DNA from: Hemiscyllium ocellatum
Taxonomy: Eukaryota
NCBI RefSeq assembly: GCF_020745735.1
Contig: NC_083406.1
Location: forward strand, 74,625,164-74,689,163
Direction of reading: 5' to 3'
Length of the DNA stretch: 64,000 nucleotides
The translations under genes were made by a program, and so were the position numbers. The first letter of the stretch is position 1; each line of letters starts with the position of its first letter. The notes below the pieces were generated by a model. That model made no database searches and had not been told where the DNA came from. It saw only the letters and a list, made by a program, of their open reading frames with translations. Positions 39,180 through 52,372 of this stretch are shown here, piece by piece.

Positions 39180-40200
39180 CTGGCATCAGCAAATTAATGC
39201 ATAAGGAGGAGGTCAATTGAATGGTATTGTCACTAATTTATACCTGCTCATAGAGGAAGAGGATTGTGGAAGTTAGAGACTGATCACCTCAGCAAACTAT
39301 AAGAGTTCCTCAGTACAATATCTTACTCTCATTCATCTTTAGTTTCTTCTGTGGGCTTTCCCTCCATGATAAGGAAAAAAGTTTGGCTTTTTACTCATGT
39401 TGCAGTGATTAGTTCCATTCACAATTCCCAAGTTAACAAGATTTATTCTGCCCAAATAAATAAGATCTGAACAGCACCAGTCTTTTTGCCATTAAACAGC
39501 AAATCATGTTTATGTTGCACAAATATCAAGAAATTAACATTTCTGATTAAAGAGAGCCCAACCAACATTCCCTGGACATCCATTGGCTCAACCAACAAGA
39601 AGACCTATATTTAACATTAGAGGGGTCACCATTGAGTAGAAACTCACTGGAGCTGCCATTCAAATCCTTTGGCTACTAAAGAAGTGAGAAGCTCAGTGTA
39701 GTGTACAGAGTGGTTCACTTCCTGATTCCTCACAGCTTTGATAAAAATCACAAATCAAGGTAAGAATTGTGCTGAAATACTCTCCACTTAACTAGATGGT
39801 CAGCTACAATAATACTCCAATAGCTTGACATTATTCAGATCCAAATACTCCGTTTGACTGACTTGCTTAAAAATCTACTTCCTACAATCATGGCTATAGT
39901 ACATTTTACCTGAACACGATTATGTGGGCATATTCTGCAGCATCTCTCAATCTCATGAACAGCACCACTTGAAGGACAATGATAGTAGATACCTGGAAAT
40001 GCCATGCCTCCAGGTCACAAAACATCCTGACTTCATATGCAGCCATAACTTCATATATAGCTATTTCCTCATTGTTGCTGAGTGAAACTTCTAGAACACC
40101 TTTGCCAAAAACACCTTGAAAGCATTTTAACTATTTGGACTGCAATATTTTAACACAAAGACTCATTACCATATTCTGCTTTGCCAGCAACACCTATGCT
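39180..40200 (+). mobile_element. Old CR1/L2-group LINE fragment, second family
   Basis: Similar to the reverse complement of 19480-20800 (e.g. ggggtcaccattgagtagaaactc; ttgccagcaacacc near the 3' end). Confidence 0.6.
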
Positions 40201-42078
40201 CTAAGGAATAATTTCCAAGAAAAGACAGTAGATAGTTGAAAAACAGATGGGTCACAAGACTAACATCTTCCTATCTTTATGGAACAGCCCAGAAGACCAT
40301 ATATGATCTTTATATGATGATAATAGGATTAGAAAAGGTCTCTTGTTATCTGTACTTGAACAAAATAAATGATGCAGACATAGTATTCCTTCATTGTAAA
40401 TCATCCACGGTAGGTACTTGATCACCACTATGAGAAGGGAAGAGTTACTAACTTTTGGGATTTTGGGAAACCAGAGGGCAGCAGCTGGAATGAAAGCCAG
40501 TAAGAGAGATTCTGTTCTCATCAACCATGAATGTGAGCACTGAGGATGTTCTGGCTATGTTGCTTGATGAAGCCAGGGCTAGGAAAAGAAAACAATACAT
40601 CGATTTTCCAAACTAGTTAGCTGTGGGAATCAATCTTAATGTGAAAGAAAGTCATGAGCTTCTCACATTTGAACAGAAACGCAAACTTGTGCAATTTCAA
40701 GCAGATAGTGGATCATCTTTTAACACAGTCAAGGCTTAAAGATTTGCTCAGCATGCCATGAAAGTTGAGTGAAATTATTCCAGCTATTTGACTGTCCTGA
40801 GAGCTTAGGCAAAACAAAACAGATTGGATAGAAACAGGTACACTGAATCCCACCTGATGAATTGGAGAAAGCTAAAAAGTTCATGTATACTATACAACCT
40901 GAATTTGAGATACAGGCATTTAATCCAGGAAAAAATAAGTCCTTGTCTTTGTGGAGTGTCTAAGAGAAACAGGAAATCATTCAACGCCACATTTTGGATA
41001 AGTACCTCTGAGTCCTATCTGATCAAGGGATCTTTTACAAGCTGAAAAGTAACGTAACAAATTGGACTTCTCATAAAAAAAGGTGGGAAATTTTAGACAT
41101 TCTTAGTAGATTGAGCAGCAACTTTGTTAGTAAACCAATTTGATGCTGCCAATTTGCAATCAAATGGGAGGTGAATGGGTGCCAAAATTGGAACGCTGCC
41201 TGCCAATTTGAAACAATAAACAACTTGTTGAGCTTGTTAAGAAAGACCAATCAACTACAATTTTTCATTGCCCACTCCATTTTTTACTAGTTGCATGGAA
41301 AAATGTTCAGAGTGAATTATGCCAAGTATGTTCATGCGGTCCAAAGATAAATGAAAAAGCCAGCAAACTGTTCTATGGCTGCAAGTAGCTGCAAAGTCTG
41401 CCATTAAAGATGGCAGTGTTTGCTTGTTAATAGACTTTCTTTGTTCAAGTACTCAATGCTTGATTCAATGTCTTGAAATGATAGGAAATACAAGCAGACC
41501 AAACACTTTTCATTCCACCTTCTTTACCCAAACAGAAGCTGTAAAAGCGAGACCCTAAATCTGTTTTCTCATATGTGCTACTCCGACTGAGTACTTCCAG
41601 CATTTTCACTTTTATTTCAAATTTTCAGCATCCATAGTATTCTCCCTGAGTGTTTAAGTTGAATTAAAAAAAACGATTAATGGTTTTGACTTTTTCTGCT
41701 CTTTCTTGTTCCTGGGACTAAACATTGTAATCACTGAACTTGATTGCACCATTATTTAACAATATAATGCATGCAGCAAGAAAATGCATGGAATTTTTGT
41801 TTTGAATTGGGCTCATGCTATCAATTTTACAGGTTTCCAGCAATGGTTCAAACGCGCAGGTCAAAAGTCCCAGAAAATTATACCATTGCTAGAATAGCAG
41901 CATGAATGTGCAGGTTTTTAGTAGGATAGTTCAATTGTAGACATGGAAATGTTGTTCTTTCTAACTTTTATAACTAACAGCAGCTCTGAACAATGGGAAG
42001 CCTCTGAAATGGAAGAGATGAAATATAATTTCAGATATTAATATCAGCAAGAAACTATTTTGTCTTTATTCAGAAATA

Positions 42079-42420
42079 GGGGCGGCATGGTGGCTCAAAG
42101 TGCCTAGCACCCAGCTTCGATTCTAGCTTCGGACGACTATCTGTGTGGAGTTTGCACGTTCTCTCCATGTCTACATGGGGTTTCCTCCAGTGCTTTGGTT
42201 TCCTCCCACAGTCCAAAGGTGTGCAGGTTAGGTGGATTGGCTATGCTAAATTGCCCATAGTGTTCAGGGATGTGCAGGCTCGGTGGATTAGCCATGGTAA
42301 ATGTGGAATTTCAGGGATGGGTTAGGAGGGTGTGTCTGGGTGGATTGCCTTTCGGAGGGGTGGTGTGCACTCAGTGGGCTGAATGATCTGCTTCCATACT
42401 GTAGAGTTTCAATGATTCTA
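42079..42420 (+). mobile_element. HE1/V-SINE-type SINE
   Basis: ggggcggcatggtggctca...gtggagtttgcacgttctctcc...ggtggattggctatgctaaattgccc. Confidence 0.85.
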
Positions 42421-43697
42421 ATTGCAAAATAGTTTTTCTGTGTTAACAGTCTACACATTGTTCTAAGGGCTGTCTTACTCTCCCCCAGAGCACAATTTTG
42501 TCATTTATCGGACAGCAATAACATGTTGTCCTTTTGGTTAAGCTAGCGAATGTCAACTCATGTTCAAAGAGAAAATAATTGGTATCTACCAAGTATTTTT
42601 AATGTTCATAACCAAGGAAAGGTAGAAAATTTGCATTCTTACTCGAAGTTGTACATCTTATATTAATAAACCAATTAATGTTCTGAAGATGCATTTTCAC
42701 TTGATAATTGATATTTTTACATGAGCTTTCCATTTAATTAAAAGTAAATTCACAAAGCATATTCTATACTCCAGTATCTGACATATGGACTAAGGTTTCA
42801 CTAATGCAATCCTATCATGATTAGATTTTTTGGCAGAAATGATGATCTCTGAAATGTAGAATATGTGGGATCAATTGTAGGAAAGATCATTAGTACTAAA
42901 AAAAATGAAGTTATAAGTTGGTGTGCGTCCCAGAGGGTAAAAGCAGTTTTTTAAAAAGAATAATAATAATTGAAAATGAACTGGTCATACTGGGCCCTCA
43001 TATTGAAGTTTACAAGCTGAGTCAGAGCAGCATGAGTCTTTTGCCAGTTTCATTGTTTTTTCCTCCTGGAATATTTTAATGACAAATTACTTGTTCGAGC
43101 AAGTAAAGCACATGGACATTCCAAATCACTTTGAGTGATTTCATTTTATTTTCTGTGCGTATATTCACATAAAGATATGTATTCGTAATCATTGGCATAA
43201 ATCAGAAAGACAGCCATCAGTTATTTTTTTTGGCTGGGAATCTTTTGCCTGATGCCAAGTACTGATCATACATGTTAATTTAATATTATACAAGTTTTAA
43301 CTTGAGAACAAGTCAAAAGGTCTGTTAGTGTAAAATATTGTAACTTTAGATGTTGATCTCTTACTTTGAGCACACCAGAGGCTTGAAAAATAGAGCAAAA
43401 TGCTCAGAAATGTAAAATTGGAAGCAATGACGGTGAGTTTCAAATTCCCATGACTTTTTTGTACAGATGTTTCTTCCTGATTGCCCATCAATGTTCCACC
43501 TCTAACTTTAAGGTTCTGCTCCCTTCTTCTGGTTCCCCAGCAAAGGAAGTAACTTCTTTGTTTAAATGCTATAAAATGTTTGTATCATTTTCAATACCTT
43601 GATTTAGTTAACCGTCAACCTTAGCTCAAGAAAAAAAAACAGGTTTATGAAATGTGCCATTGTAGTTCAACCAGTTTAGCCCCACCCAGCATTTCTC

Positions 43698-43706
43698 TGT
43701 GTGTGT

Positions 43707-43738
<32 letters not shown>
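43698..43738. repeat. (TG)n microsatellite
   Basis: Direct reading. Confidence 0.95.
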
Positions 43739-43849
43739 ATGGCTACGGCAATGGATAAATGGGCACCACACAACAATCAACAGAAACTAATGGTCATTCT
43801 AACAGATGGCAGACTTAACAAACAGTCAAGGTATTTTTCTATGTATAAT

Positions 43850-44039
43850 TTCAGTTTCATCACACTGTAAACTTTTGCTATAAATTCTGTGTCTTACAAG
43901 CGTATACTCCACAACCACCTGATGAAGGAGCAGCACTCCAAAAGCTAGTGTTTCCAATGAGACCTGTTGGACTATAACCTGGTGTTGTCTGATTTTTAAC
44001 TTTGTACACCCCAGTCCAACACTGGCATCTCCAAATCAT
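43850..44039 (+). mobile_element. PLE 3' end/pLTR fragment (ggagcagcgctcc family) with hammerhead motif
   Basis: cacCTGATGAAGGAGcagcaCTCCAAAAGCTAgtg at 43916-43950; related to the arms of 49577-50690. Confidence 0.8.
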
Positions 44040-45227
44040 TGCATTTCTATTGTAGCTTTGATATACTAATGCATCATAAGGCATTTCACATATGAGGTAG
44101 GAGGCAAAAATTTAACATCATGCAAATTGGCCAATGTAGGGTGCCTGGGATTTGTGAACAGTTCAAGACAGATCATGGATTAATATTGCACCAACCAACC
44201 AGATGGATTCTTTATTGAAAAGAGACTATTTCTTGGACTTTGCCTACTACTTCTTACAGAGCCACCTAACGGTGTTGTTCAGCATGACAGCTTTAAGTGA
44301 ACTCATACAGCTCTGAAATTCAAAATATTATAGCACTGAATCCCTCCCTTCTTAGTAAATGAGAGATATGGCATGTTTCAGTGACTTGTTTCCATATGTT
44401 CTCCGTTATATACAAGGAGATGAAAGATTTGCCCACTGTGAAAAAGCTGTGTAATATATTATAATCATCATTTGGACATTTGCACTTTAAAAATAGAGGT
44501 GCGTGTTTATTTTCAATTCAATGAAAATAATGTTTTTTTTAACAAGTCAGAAGGTCATTTGGAAAAGTGACCTAATTTCAAGTAAAGCACATGATTTAGT
44601 AATTACCAGATACCTGTGACATTAGTTGATGAAGTGTTTACACTATTGAGTTTACAACTTATAGATAAACAAATGACCAAGAACTAATAGTATTTTATTT
44701 GAGTTCAGTTCACAAGAATCAGGTTTAGCTTCGTGCTATCAGAAGAACAGAATACTGTAATACAGTTTCAGTTCAGGAGAGCAGTTTCCTTCTTGCAGAA
44801 GGACAGGTTAGTCTGTGAAGTCTCCATACTGAAAGAGATTATAATAACCTTTTGAGCTGTCAGAAGTGAAAAGAGATACAGTTCAGAACTGAATGGAGTT
44901 TCAAGCCATCAAAACTGAAAAGAACCTTAAAAATGTACAAAATGGAAACTGAAATTCATCAGTTAAATAAGAAATTAAAGACATAAGTGATCTGTCTTTG
45001 GGATTCAGTATCGGAAAATGACATTGCACAGAAAAACATGGAGCACATTTTTGCGGTTTATGTTGACATCCTTTCAGATTAACCTGCATATGCAGCTTTT
45101 TTCTGTGTAAAAAGATCTTTGTTGAAAATCATTTGCAACCTTGTATGAATATGTTTAGTAACTAACCACCATGGTAACTGGAAAAGGTAAAATCTTAATT
45201 GTTTCCAAGCTTCCTTCTTGAAAGAAG

Positions 45228-46660
45228 ACTTGAACTGTCCTCATCCACCACCAACCTTCTCCACCTTGCTGAGCTCATCCACACTTTTAACAACTTTTCT
45301 TTTAATTTTCTTCAGGTTAAAGGTATGGCTATGGTGTACATACAGTGGCCATAATTATACCTGTCTCTTTGTGGGATACGTGGAAAATTTCTTGTTCCAG
45401 TTCTACTCAAGTTTCTCCCCATGGGTCTTTCTCTGATACATCGATGACATCAGTGGTGCTGCATCCCTCTCTCATCTGGAATTGAAATCATCAAAGATAG
45501 AATCACAGTCAATCAATCATAGAACCCCTACAGTGTGGAAACAGGCCATTTGACCCAAAAAGCCCACACCGACCCTCCAAAGAGTAACCCACTCACACCC
45601 ATAACCCTACTCTGTTACTGTACATTGATCCCTGACTAATGCACTTTACCTACACATCCATGAAAACTATGAGCAATTCAGCATAGTCAATTAACCTAAT
45701 CTGCACATCTTTAGATTGTGGGAGGAAATCAGATCACCTAGAGGAAATCCACGCAGACATGGGGAGAATGTGCAAATGTCCACACAGGCAGTCACCTCAA
45801 ACTGGAATCGAACCCAGATTCCTGGCACTGTGAAGCAGCAGTGCTAACCTTGTCACTCTGCTTCCAATTTCCATCCTTCCCTCATTTTCACCTGGTTCAC
45901 CTCTAACTCCCAACTTTCCTTCTTCAATATCTCTCTCTGAATTAATAAATGATTTATTGTCACATATATCGGAAGGGACAATGAAATGTGTTCTACCACC
46001 ATAGTTGTCATCAGTTTGAGTTACAAAAGAATAAAAATAATGTACTTACATAGAGTTCATCTTCATCATCTGGGGCCCCAAACACGGTTCTAGGACTTTT
46101 GGAAGGTCTCAGCTCCAGGTTCTCGCTCCAGGTCTACCACAGCCAGGAGACCCCGCTCTGCCATTGCTGCATCTAACGCCTTACTGACAATTCCAGGAGT
46201 CCATGCATTGGGCTTGCGAAGCTAGGAGACCCCACCACAGTCACTGCCGACATCGCTCCAGCTTCTCTGCAACATAAGGAAGATGAAGAAAAGAATAAGA
46301 AAAAGAAAAAAGATCAAAAGGCGAGAGAGACAGAGCAAGAGAGAGAGAGAGAAATAAGAATGAAGCTGATCTAGACCAGACAGGTCTTTTAATTTCACCA
46401 GCGTACAATCAGTAACCCCTTTGTTTGCTTCCCTTATTTTTTTCTCTCTTTTTCTGGTCACTGCCTCCATCTATTCATCTCATTCCTTTCTATCATCCCA
46501 TCCTCCTCCACCCCACTCATTTCAAAAGCAAAAATATCACCATTTCTCAGCTGTTTTCAGTTCTGACAAAGGGTCACTGGACTTGAAACGCTGAGTCTGA
46601 TTTCTTTTCACCAATGCTGTCAGACTTGCTGAGTTTTCTCCAGCAATTTCTGTTTTCGTT
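45228..46660 (+). mobile_element. Fragmented Penelope-like element (RT remnant plus 3' pLTR), interrupted by a SINE
   Basis: QVKGMAM..NYTCLFVGYVE..FL*YIDDISG and ASNFHPSLIFTW RT motifs; 3' gttctgacaaagggtcactggacttgaaacg at ~46560. Confidence 0.7.
45516..45850 (-). mobile_element. HE1/V-SINE-type SINE
   Basis: Antisense core ggggagaatgtgcaaa, head ggaatcgaaccc...cagcagtgctaacc. Confidence 0.85.
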
Positions 46661-47466
46661 CCTCATTGGTTGAGCCCAGAAAAAAAATCAAGCTCAGTTG
46701 GAAACTGATATTCAGTAACTGCAGGAAAATCATTTACTTGAACCTAGACAAAGCAGCTAGAATTCATCAGTATCGTTAGCAGTTAAACCAGGTGAAGTAA
46801 CCAGATTCCTTACAGATTACAGAAAGGTAAATGCAGTGACAGAGAAACAGATTCATACCAAATTCCATGGTTAGAAGACTATTTATTGGGTTGGCAGTGC
46901 CTTATTCTTTCTTAAGGTTAATTTATTAAGGGGGTACTGGCAAGTGCCATTAACATTAAGGGTTAAGGAGCCCTACTTATGTTGTACCAAATGGGTTGGT
47001 TATGTCACTTTTTAAAAATAATGCCTTAAGTACCTTCTAAAGGCTCATGAATCAAGTCATAGCTGAAGTCTGTGCCTGGTTTATTTGGATAATATTGAAA
47101 TGTCTAGTAAGACATGGAAAGTGCATGTGAGACAAGTAGAAGATCTGTGTAAGCAATTACATTTGGATGACATATTATTTAAATTTAGTCAACAGTGAAT
47201 TTGCAGAAGCAAGGGTAGCTTAACTTGGACAAATCATAGGACAAGGACAGGTATTGCCAAGAACAGTAAAAGTGAAAGTTCTAATAGAATTCCCTGTTCC
47301 TAAAACTAAATGAGAAATCATTAGGTTTTTAGCAAGTTGGGGATTTTAATGGAAATTTGTGTGCATTTACAGCACAATAGTTGTATCTTTAACAAAAATT
47401 GTTAAGGAAGTAAGCAAAAGTGGTATGGTCAGAAGAGTGACAGACAGTCTTTGAGAATCCTAATTA

Positions 47467-48365
47467 TAGAGTCATACATAAAAACAGGTCCTTTGGTCCA
47501 CCATCTCTATGCCAACCAACAAACACCAAATTACACTAATCCCATTTACCTGCACTTGGTCCAAAGCTTATGATGCTCTGGCATTTTAAGTGCTCATCCA
47601 GATGCTTCTTAAATGTTGCAAGAGTACCTGCCTCCAGTATCCACTCAGGCATTATGTTCTAGATTTCTTTCACCTTCCGGGTGAAAAAAATCTTTTCCTC
47701 AGATCTCTTCTAAACCATATACTTCACACTGTGAACTTGTGCCCTTCAGTCTTAGATACATCTGCTATGGGGAAAAGATTCTCACGATCTATCCTGTCTA
47801 TGCCTTCATAATTTTATATACCTCAGTGAGATCCACCCTCAGCCTTCTCTGCTCCAAAAAAAACCATCCCAGCCTATCTATGTATTTCCTCATATCTGAG
47901 ACCTTTAATCCCAGACAACAACCTGGTGAATCTCTTCTGCACTCTATCCAGTGCAATCACATCCTTCTAATAGTGTGGCCACTAGAACTGCACACTGCAT
48001 TCCATATGTGGCCTAATTAATGTTTTATAAAGTTAGAATAAGACATCCTTGCATCTGTATTTTACGCCCCATCTAATGAAGGCAAACATCCTGCATGCCT
48101 TCTTCATCACCCTCACCATTTGTGCTGACACCTTCAGGGATCTGTGGACTTGTTCCTTGATAGTTCCTAGGGGCCTACCATTCATTGTGTATATCCTTCC
48201 CTTATTAGACGTCCCAAAATGCATCATCTTGCACGTATCAGGATTAACTTCCATCTGCCATTGCTCTACCCAATTTACCAGCTGATCAATATCAGACTGT
48301 AGCCTGAGACCATTCTCCTCACTATTAACAACACCACTAAATTTCATGCCATCTGCAAATTTACT
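47467..48365 (-). mobile_element. CR1-group LINE 3' fragment inserted in the Gypsy pol
   Basis: ISKFADGMKFSGVVNSEE...WQMEVNPDTCKMMHFG; possible short TSD ctaatta. Confidence 0.85.
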
Positions 48366-49576
48366 AATTAAATTAACTGAACCAGAATTGGCTGCCTCTA
48401 ATTTCTCTGGACTTTTAAAATGGCAATTGATGCTGGTGACTTGGGGTAGGTGCAATCTTGTTTCAGCATGGTAAGTGAGGAATACAGAAGCCAGTAAGGT
48501 TTTTCAAAGAAATTAAATCACTTTTAGAAGAAGTCCTCAATTATAGAAAAGACGATTTTGAGATTATTATTGGCTGTTCAGTACTTTGAAGTTTATGCCC
48601 ACCACCTAAAGAAAGAAACAAAGCAGACTATAATTCACTAGCATTCATTGAACCATTTAAAACTCAAAATGCAAGACTATTCAGATGGAGTCTGTTGATT
48701 CAAGATTATTCATAATTCTGAAACTGCTCTGGAGTGTAAAATTATGGTATAAATTAGATTTAAGAAATGTTGAAATATTGTATAGAATATTATGGGGAGG
48801 ATGTGAGAAAGAAGAACAAATGTATGTTTCATAGTCATTTGTATGTCACCTTGTGATAAAACATGTTTATGAAATGATGATTCATCTCTTGTAGGGTGGA
48901 GGCATGTAAAGACAGTTGAATTTTATTTTGTGTTTTTGATTGCAAACTAATGCAGAGAAAGAACTGATTTAAAATTAAGGACTGTGGAAGCAACTGCTCT
49001 GCTTTTAAAACAAGTTACTGAAAGAGTCATTTACTGTATTTTCACTCATGCTTTGTTCAATCAATGCAGGAAGATGTTTGTAGACAGCACAATACAGGTA
49101 GCCCATTGGTTAGTACAATTGTGACAAGTCATGGATGGCAAAGGTCATTAGTCTGACAACAACTCTCTAATTGCTTCCTGGGTGGCTTTACGGTTTGTGC
49201 ATGTGAATGATACAGAGAAGATGTCTTTGAACTGCAGGAAGAGCAGGTCAGGTGGGTCATCTACTCTGCAGAAAAATACCTGAAGCAGGTAGAAACGCAG
49301 TTATCTTCTCCCAGTTGTAGTTAGCTGTTGCCATTAACCAGTTACTAATGGACTTTGTAGTTAGTATTCCAAATGCCCTTAGCCTCCTGCAAAGAAGAGA
49401 AAGAACCTGGAGAGAGAAGACTGAAGAGCTGAAAATCTTGACAAGCCAAAAGAAAATGCCTAACAAACCCTGTGAATCAATGCATTTAACTGTGTTCCTC
49501 TGTTTATTTCCCTCTACCTATAAAACCAATATTTGGTTTTTTTCTCTGTTCTGTCTATATATATGTGTATAAAGCT

Positions 49577-50690
49577 AAAAATCACACGACACCAAGTTAT
49601 ATTCCAACAGTTTTATTTGGAAGTACAAGCTTTCAGAGCCCTGCTCCTTCATCAGGTAGCAAGTGGAGTAGGATCATTGGACACAGAATTTATAGCAGAA
49701 GATCATAGTGTCATACACTGATGCAATATATTGAAAAAACCTAAATTGCTGTTAAACCCATCTTTTAGAATGGGTTGCAGGTTTTGGTTCATTAATATGT
49801 AAATCTTTCAAGTCACATTCCCGAGATAACTTAAGATTTTATAAAGGTAACAATCTCAGCCCAGACAATGCATTAAAGGTGTGAAGTAGAGTCTGCATGT
49901 ATTCCAATCTAGCGTCAGACCAGTTCCATTTCCAAAATGGAATTTATAAAATGTCATATGGATTCTAAACAAATATTGACTACCTACAGATTGTGTGCTT
50001 TTTGAAAAAAAATAGAATGTATCAGCAAATGCAATTCTGCAAATGCAAAATCACCCCATAGACTTATATACATGCATGTGATGGGGACAGAGAGGGAGAG
50101 AGAGTGTGTGTGTGATGTGGGATAGAGGGAAAGAATGTGAGTGTGTGTGCGTGCTTGATAGAGTGTGTGGATGAGTGTGATGGAGTATATGCCTGTGAGA
50201 GGGTGTGTGCATGTCTGTGCACCTGAGAGAGCATGTGACTGAGACAGGGTCTGTATGAGAGTGTGAGTATGTAACAGTGTGTGCTTGTGTGAATGGGTGT
50301 GAGAGTTTGTACAGTGTAGTGGGGTCACCTGTTGTGTGACATGAACCCAAGGTCTCAGTTGAGCCATCCTCATGGGTACTGAACTTGGCTATCAGCCTCT
50401 GCTCAGTCATTCATTGTTGTTGCGTATCCCAAAGTCCGCCTTAAGTTATTTCAGGAATGTGACTTGAAAGACATTCTGGGATTTATATATTAATGAATCA
50501 AAACCAGCAACCCCTTCTAAAAGATGAAAGACTTAATAGCAATCTAGGTTTGTTTAATATATTGCATCAGTGTATGACACTATGATCGTTTGCTATAAAT
50601 TCTGTGTCCTATGATCCTATTTCATTAGGTACCTGATGAAGGAGCAGCGCACAGAAAGCTTGTACTTCCAAATAAACCTGTTGGAGTATA
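49577..50690. mobile_element. Penelope-like element 3' end (minus) with inverted pLTR copy (plus); hammerhead motifs at both ends
   Basis: EQRLIAKFSTHEDG (GIY-YIG C-terminus) on minus at ~50410-50360; ~250-bp inverted arms 49600-49840 / 50440-50690; TG/AG-rich tract 50090-50320. Confidence 0.85.
49624..49658 (-). ncRNA. Minimal type I hammerhead ribozyme motif (PLE-borne)
   Basis: tac-CTGATGA-A-GGAG-caggg-CTCT-GAAA-GCT-T-gta. Confidence 0.65.
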
Positions 50691-50784
50691 GAAGGGTCAC
50701 TGGACCCAAAATGTCAACTCTGCTTTCTCACCACAGACAGAATTTGTTATCATTAAAAGGAAGGGGGTGCATGGGAGGTGCTTA

Positions 50785-51097
50785 GAATCTCTAGAAGCAG
50801 GCCATTTGGCCCAGCAAACCCACCCAGACCCTCCCCTCTCATCCTATCCATGTACCCCTGCATTCCCCATGGATAATCCACCTAGTCTGCACATCCCTCG
50901 ACACTATGGGTAATTTAGCATGGTCAATCCTCCTAACCTGCACATCTGTGGACTATGGGAGGAAACCTGAGCACCTGAAGGAAACCCACGCAGATACAGT
51001 GAAAATGTATAAACTCCACACAGGCAGTCACCTGAGGATGGAATCAAACCTATGTCCCTGGCAGCTGTGAGACAGCAGTGTTAACCACTGAGCCACT
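50785..51097 (-). mobile_element. HE1/V-SINE-type SINE
   Basis: Antisense core and head (aaactccacac...cagcagtgttaaccactgagccac). Confidence 0.85.
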
Positions 51098-51750
51098 CTA
51101 TGTGCTCTGTCATCATTTTTTTTTGTGTTCAATAGTCTTCTCTGTGGATGCCTCCAGTAATCCATTGAAGCCTCAGTCAGGACCAGATGTCTCATCTAAA
51201 AACAGGCAAAAAAGTTAAGTTACAGAAATCTTCGCAGGCAATGTAAATGCATTCAGTGTTGATATTAAATAGAAGATCTGGGTCATTATTAATTTTCCTT
51301 ATTCTGTTTGTTTAGTTTATCTCCCTTAATTCCATCTGTATGTTCCAAGATTTATTTCATTTTCTATATGTCATTTAAATGTTCCACTTCATCGTTTCTA
51401 GTTTGGAGCGTGCATGTCTCAATGCCAATTATTTAGTCTGATTGGCTTCACTGATGCTACAGATCTCCTACAAATGTGACTGTGCTAAAAAGGATGCTGG
51501 GCTAGAACAAAGATCCTTTGCCAATCTCTGCGAAGTATCTGTGAGGAGCAAATGCCATTCCTTTGCTGTTGATTCCAAAATCCAAGCCTAAATGTATATC
51601 ACTCAGCCTTTCTGAAGTGAGAAGTGGGACTGGGCATTAGCCCATGTATTTGTGTTGCATTTGTATTACATCAAAAATAAGAAACATTCAGGATTTTAAA
51701 AAATATATTGTACTAATTGTATCTTACTTAGATCACTATGCCCCCAAGTC

Positions 51751-51786
51751 ATTCCTGATGAAGGGCTTGTGCCCGAAACGTCGAAT
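51751..51786 (+). ncRNA. Minimal type I hammerhead ribozyme motif, core intact
   Basis: attc-CTGATGA-A-GGGC-ttgt-GCCC-GAAA-C-GTC-gaat; predicted cleavage after 51782. Confidence 0.75.
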
Positions 51787-51843
51787 TTCCTGTTCCTTGG
51801 ATGCTGCCTGACCTGCTGCGCTTTTCCAGCAACACATTTTCAG
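51752..51843 (+). mobile_element. 92-bp PLE-derived insertion with 10-bp TSD inside an older tRNA-SINE
   Basis: Direct repeat ccccaagtca at 51742-51751 and 51844-51853. Confidence 0.85.
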
Positions 51844-52372
51844 CCCCAAGTCAGGGGAGAGTTTGAGAAGGAAAGACCTTCATGGTAAGATCAGCCAGTA
51901 CAGGAGTTGAATCCAATTTGTTGACATTGTAAACCAGTTCACCAGCTAACTGAGCTAACCAACCCCGACTAGACTACGGTATCTGAAAATAATTGACTTT
52001 AATCTTTAATATTATTTTCTGTCACAAATTCTTGTTTCAGTTTTATTAAATATTTTTATGGGTATTAAGTATTCACATAGAATAGCTTAAGGATTGTGAG
52101 CAGATATTGTAGGTAAATGGTACACTTCTGTGTAGGATACAAACACAAAATGGTTAGTAAAGTAATTCTTCCCTCTGGTGGACAATTGTTGTATGAACCA
52201 TTAAGATGCTTGTTATTAGATTGTATTAAAGATGCAATAGTGATTCTGTTGTTCCACTTAATGTTGCCTGTTAAATGTTTTTTAAATATTATGACATATC
52301 CATCAAATTTTATCATTTGACTACATAGTTCAATTTATTTTACTTTATCCAACCTATCATGACTCTGTTATG

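Larger units (their letters stand above)
46850..51194 (+). mobile_element. Decayed Ty3/Gypsy LTR retrotransposon (RT, RNase H, PPT, 3' LTR) with nested CR1, PLE and SINE insertions
   Basis: LLRGYWQVPLT and RLMNQVIA..YLDN (RT); AIDAGDLG..IEK...DYNSL..NARLFRWSLLIQDY (RNase H); purine tract gtagggtggagg then TGTAAAG at 48905; tentative LTR end CA ~51194. Confidence 0.7.

Noticed and set aside
40380-41050. Possible LTR-retrotransposon protease remnant (VQFQADSGSSFN)
   Set aside because: A single short motif in heavily decayed sequence; insufficient support
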